Source: Acidimicrobiales bacterium (lineage in GTDB: Bacteria > Actinomycetota > Acidimicrobiia > Acidimicrobiales > GCA-2861595). From it: 46,013 nt of DNA. This document shows positions 43,835-46,013 of the stretch, piece by piece (the stretch's first letter is position 1; the number at the start of each line of letters is the position of its first letter). The notes beneath the pieces were generated by a model. That model worked only from the letters and a program-made list of their open reading frames with translations, was not told the DNA's origin and made no database searches. The stretch covers positions 1 through 46,013 of the forward strand of contig JBOGHQ010000263.1 in the NCBI GenBank assembly GCA_050744785.1, in the 5' to 3' direction. The position numbers and the translations under genes were made by a program.

Positions 43835-44437
43835 GTGGACGGGAACCTCTACGTGGTCGGCGCCGGCGGCACCGGGCGGGAGACGCTCGACGTGGCCATC
43901 GCCGCCGGCCAGCCCGTCAGCGCCTTCCTCGACGAGCGACACGCCGGCCGCGAGGTCCGGGGACTGCCGGTGCTCGACCCGGGACAGGCGCCGGCCGGCG
44001 GGCGCTACGTCGTCGGCATCGCCGATCCCGGGGCCCGCCGCCGCCTGGTCGCCCTCCTCGACCAGGTCGGGCTGAGCCCCTTCACCCTGGTCCACCCGCG
44101 CGCCGTGGTCGGGCCCGGGACCACCCCCGGCCCCGGCTGTGTGGTCATGGCCAACGCCCACGTGTCCAGCACGGTCCGCATGGGCGCCCACGTGCAGGTG
44201 CAGTACAACGCCACGGTCGGCCATGACGCCGTGCTCGAGGACTTCGTCACCGTCTACCCGGGCGCCAACGTGGCCGGCACCGTCCACCTGGAGGAGGACG
44301 TCACCGTCGCCAGCAACGCCGCCGTGCTCCAGGGGCTGCGGATCGGCCGGGGTACGTTCGTGGGCGCCGGGGCGGTGGTCACCCGCGACCTGGCGGGCGG
44401 GCTGGTCGTGGTCGGCGTCCCCGCCCGCCCCCGCTGA
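43835..44437 (+). CDS. NeuD/PglD-family left-handed beta-helix (hexapeptide) sugar N-acetyltransferase
   Basis: GTG at 43835 is preceded by GGAAGGCAGGA and gives 200 aa. The track start, ATG 43796, would overlap the divergent ATG of the neighbouring gene. The N-terminal Rossmann-like segment is LYVVGAGGTGRE, followed by hexapeptide repeats (VHPRAVVGPG..GCVVMANAHV...VGHDAVLEDFVTVYPGANV). Confidence 0.8.
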   Translation: MDGNLYVVGAGGTGRETLDVAIAAGQPVSAFLDERHAGREVRGLPVLDPGQAPAGGRYVVGIADPGARRRLVALLDQVGLSPFTLVHPRAVVGPGTTPGPGCVVMANAHVSSTVRMGAHVQVQYNATVGHDAVLEDFVTVYPGANVAGTVHLEEDVTVASNAAVLQGLRIGRGTFVGAGAVVTRDLAGGLVVVGVPARPR

Positions 44438-44442
44438 TCACG

Positions 44443-44472
44443 CCGGCCGGTCGTCGGGGTCAGCCCGGCCGG
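44443..44472. terminator. GC-only hairpin between convergent genes (weak terminator candidate)
   Basis: The self-complementary octamer CCGGCCGG occurs twice (44443-44450 and 44465-44472), 14 nt apart, giving an 8-bp stem. The epimerase stop codon lies in the loop. No U-tract. Confidence 0.25.
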
Positions 44473-45398
44473 GAGCGGAACCAGTCCACCGTCGCCTGCA
44501 GCCCGGAGGCCAGGTCCACCGGCTTGGCGCCGGGGAACAGCCCGTGCAGCCGGGTGGTGTCGGCCTGGGTGTCCCGCACGTCGCCGGCCCGGGTGGGCTG
44601 GTGCTCGACGGGCAGGGGATGGCCGACGATGGCCTCCAGCTCGGCGATCACCTCCAGCAGCGAGACCCGGGACCCGAAGGCCAGGTTCACCGGGCCCGGG
44701 CTCGCCACCCTGCGCAGGACGGCGTCGATGAGCACACCGGCGACGGTGTCCACGAAGGTGAAGTCGCGGGTCTGCTCGCCGTCGCCGTGGACCGGCAAGG
44801 GCCGGCCCTCCACCGCGGCCGACACGAAGGCGGGGACCACGGCGGCGTAGGTGTGACGGGGCGGCTGGAGGGGCCCGAACACGTTGAAGAAGCGGAAGGC
44901 CAGCACGTCCAGCCCGAAGCAGGCGGCGTGGGCCAGGGCGTAGGACTCGGTGGCCAGCTTGCTGGCCGCGTAGGGGCTCACCGGCATGGGGGCCAGGCCC
45001 TCGTGCTTGGGCAGCACCGGGTTGGCGCCGTACACCGAGGACGACGACGCCAGGACCAGGTAGGGGCCCCCCGCCCGGCGCACCGCCTCGAGGACCTCCA
45101 TGGTGCCCGTGGCGTTGGCGGCGTGGGTGGCCATGGGGTTGTCCACCGAGCGGGGGACCGACGACCGGGCCGCCAGGTGGACCACAGCCGAGGCACCTTC
45201 GAGGGCGTGATCCAGCGCGCCCGGGTCCAGGATGGTGCCCTCGAGGAGTGCGACATGGTCCTGGCCGGCCAGGTTCTCCCGGAAGCCGGTGGACAGGTCG
45301 TCGAGGACGACCACCTCCGTGACGGCGTCGAGATCGCCGAGCAGCCGGCACAGGTTGGCGCCTATGAAGCCGGCGCCGCCGGTCACCACGACCTTCAT
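44460..45398 (-). CDS. NAD-dependent NDP-sugar epimerase/dehydratase (extended SDR, UDP-hexose 4-epimerase-like)
   Basis: 312 aa. Motifs: MKVVVTGGAGFIGANL (GxxGxxG) and SPYAASK (YxxxK). The C-terminal substrate domain has HGDGEQTRDFTFVDTV. Confidence 0.9.
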   Translation of the reverse strand: MKVVVTGGAGFIGANLCRLLGDLDAVTEVVVLDDLSTGFRENLAGQDHVALLEGTILDPGALDHALEGASAVVHLAARSSVPRSVDNPMATHAANATGTMEVLEAVRRAGGPYLVLASSSSVYGANPVLPKHEGLAPMPVSPYAASKLATESYALAHAACFGLDVLAFRFFNVFGPLQPPRHTYAAVVPAFVSAAVEGRPLPVHGDGEQTRDFTFVDTVAGVLIDAVLRRVASPGPVNLAFGSRVSLLEVIAELEAIVGHPLPVEHQPTRAGDVRDTQADTTRLHGLFPGAKPVDLASGLQATVDWFRSRPG

Positions 45399-45487
45399 GG
45401 CCGCCGAGCCTACGGCCGGGCCGGCCGCACATCGGAGGAGGACCGAACCTAGGCTCTGGCGTCCACTCGTCCGGAACGGAGGTCCAC

Positions 45488-46013
45488 CTGGTCGCCGCCC
45501 TCGCCGTCGCCGCCGGCTTCTTCGCCGGCGCCGCCGTGCTCCGCTTCGCCCGGTCCCTCGTCCTCGACCCGCCGCCCGCCGCCATCGTGGTGGTCGCCGC
45601 CGCCAGCGCGGTGGCGGCCGCCATGGCTGGCGCTGGGCCCACCGGCTTCGAGGGCACCGACCTCCTGGCCAAGGCCGCCCTGGGGGCGGCCATGGTGGTG
45701 GCTGCGCCCCGGGCCTCGACCCGAACGTGCCTCGCCGCCGCCGCGCTCGGTGTGGTCGCCAGCGGTGGCTCGTCGGGAGCGGCGGCCGCCACCGGTGCTG
45801 CCCTGGGCCTACTGCTGGCCACGCTGGCTGCCGGTGAGCACCAACCGGTGCGCACCTTCCACGCCCTGGTGGGTGCCGGCGTGGCCCAGGGCGCGCTCCG
45901 GCTGGAGTGGCCCCAGCCCACGGGCACCTCGGCGGCGGCGGCCCTGATCGTGGTGGCCCCCGTGCTGCTGGCCGGACTTCGGCAGGCCCCGGCGCCGGTA
46001 CGGCGCGCCACGG
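45488..46013 (+). CDS. 5' part of a hypothetical Ala/Gly/Val-rich membrane protein running out of the window. It is not in the ORF track because it has no stop.
   Basis: Own translation of frame 2 from about 45482 to the window end shows no stop and almost uniform G/C third positions (VHLVAALAVAAGFFAGAAVLRFARSLVLDPPPAAIVVVAAASAVAAAMAG...). The overlapping 585-aa minus ORF is Arg/Pro/Gly-rich and overlaps the epimerase out of frame, so it is probably spurious. Start is uncertain: CTG 45488 after GGAGG, GTG 45536, or ATG 45623. Confidence 0.4.
   Translation, partial: MVAALAVAAGFFAGAAVLRFARSLVLDPPPAAIVVVAAASAVAAAMAGAGPTGFEGTDLLAKAALGAAMVVAAPRASTRTCLAAAALGVVASGGSSGAAAATGAALGLLLATLAAGEHQPVRTFHALVGAGVAQGALRLEWPQPTGTSAAAALIVVAPVLLAGLRQAPAPVRRAT

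Noticed and set aside
44254-46011. 585-aa minus-strand ORF covering the epimerase region and the window end
   Set aside because: It overlaps the well-supported epimerase gene (44460-45398) out of frame. Beyond 45400, the plus-strand frame 2 has far better third-position GC bias and a membrane-protein-like translation.

Overview
High-GC chromosomal window of Actinomycetota type. The gene order suggests a non-mycolate actinobacterium, but the taxon cannot be proven from the sequence alone.

1-7 kb holds the conserved growth and division block: probable pstP 3' end, rodA, pbpA, a single PASTA kinase pknB, convergent trpG-like amidotransferase plus a DUF881 gene, and crgA.

7-11.2 kb holds a PP2C-RsbW fusion, a thiolase, a Thr-rich envelope protein and an acyl-ACP desaturase.

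From about 11.3 kb to 45.4 kb the window is one large cell-envelope glycan locus. It contains:
- about 11 glycosyltransferases (GT2, GT4, GT8, GT14-like)
- a PglF/E/D/C/A-like set for a 2,4-diamino-2,4,6-trideoxyhexose primer
- a Wzz/BY-kinase
- Wzm/Wzt with a C-terminal glycan-binding-type extension
- an AsnB-GNAT pair, a CE4 deacetylase and a methyltransferase
- a WaaL/Wzy_C-like protein and three large polytopic membrane proteins, two of which are clear paralogues

The most unusual part is 11.3-16.0 kb. It carries three PqqD-like (RiPP-recognition-element type) domains attached to, or coupled with, an HprK-related P-loop kinase, a P-loop-less paralogue and an NTP_transf_5-type nucleotidyltransferase. 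A Tat-signal, 12-cysteine secreted protein lies in the middle, and part of the module appears co-transcribed with the Wzz/BY-kinase operon. I regard this as an uncharacterised peptide- or protein-directed modification module tied to glycan assembly, not a canonical lasso cluster.

No rRNA, tRNA, CRISPR array, transposase or integrase was seen. Many long ORFs in the supplied track are antisense shadow ORFs typical of high-GC DNA and were not annotated. The track translates GTG and TTG starts as M, so several real starts lie inside the listed ORFs. Those were placed by eye and checked for frame only, so start coordinates are approximate.
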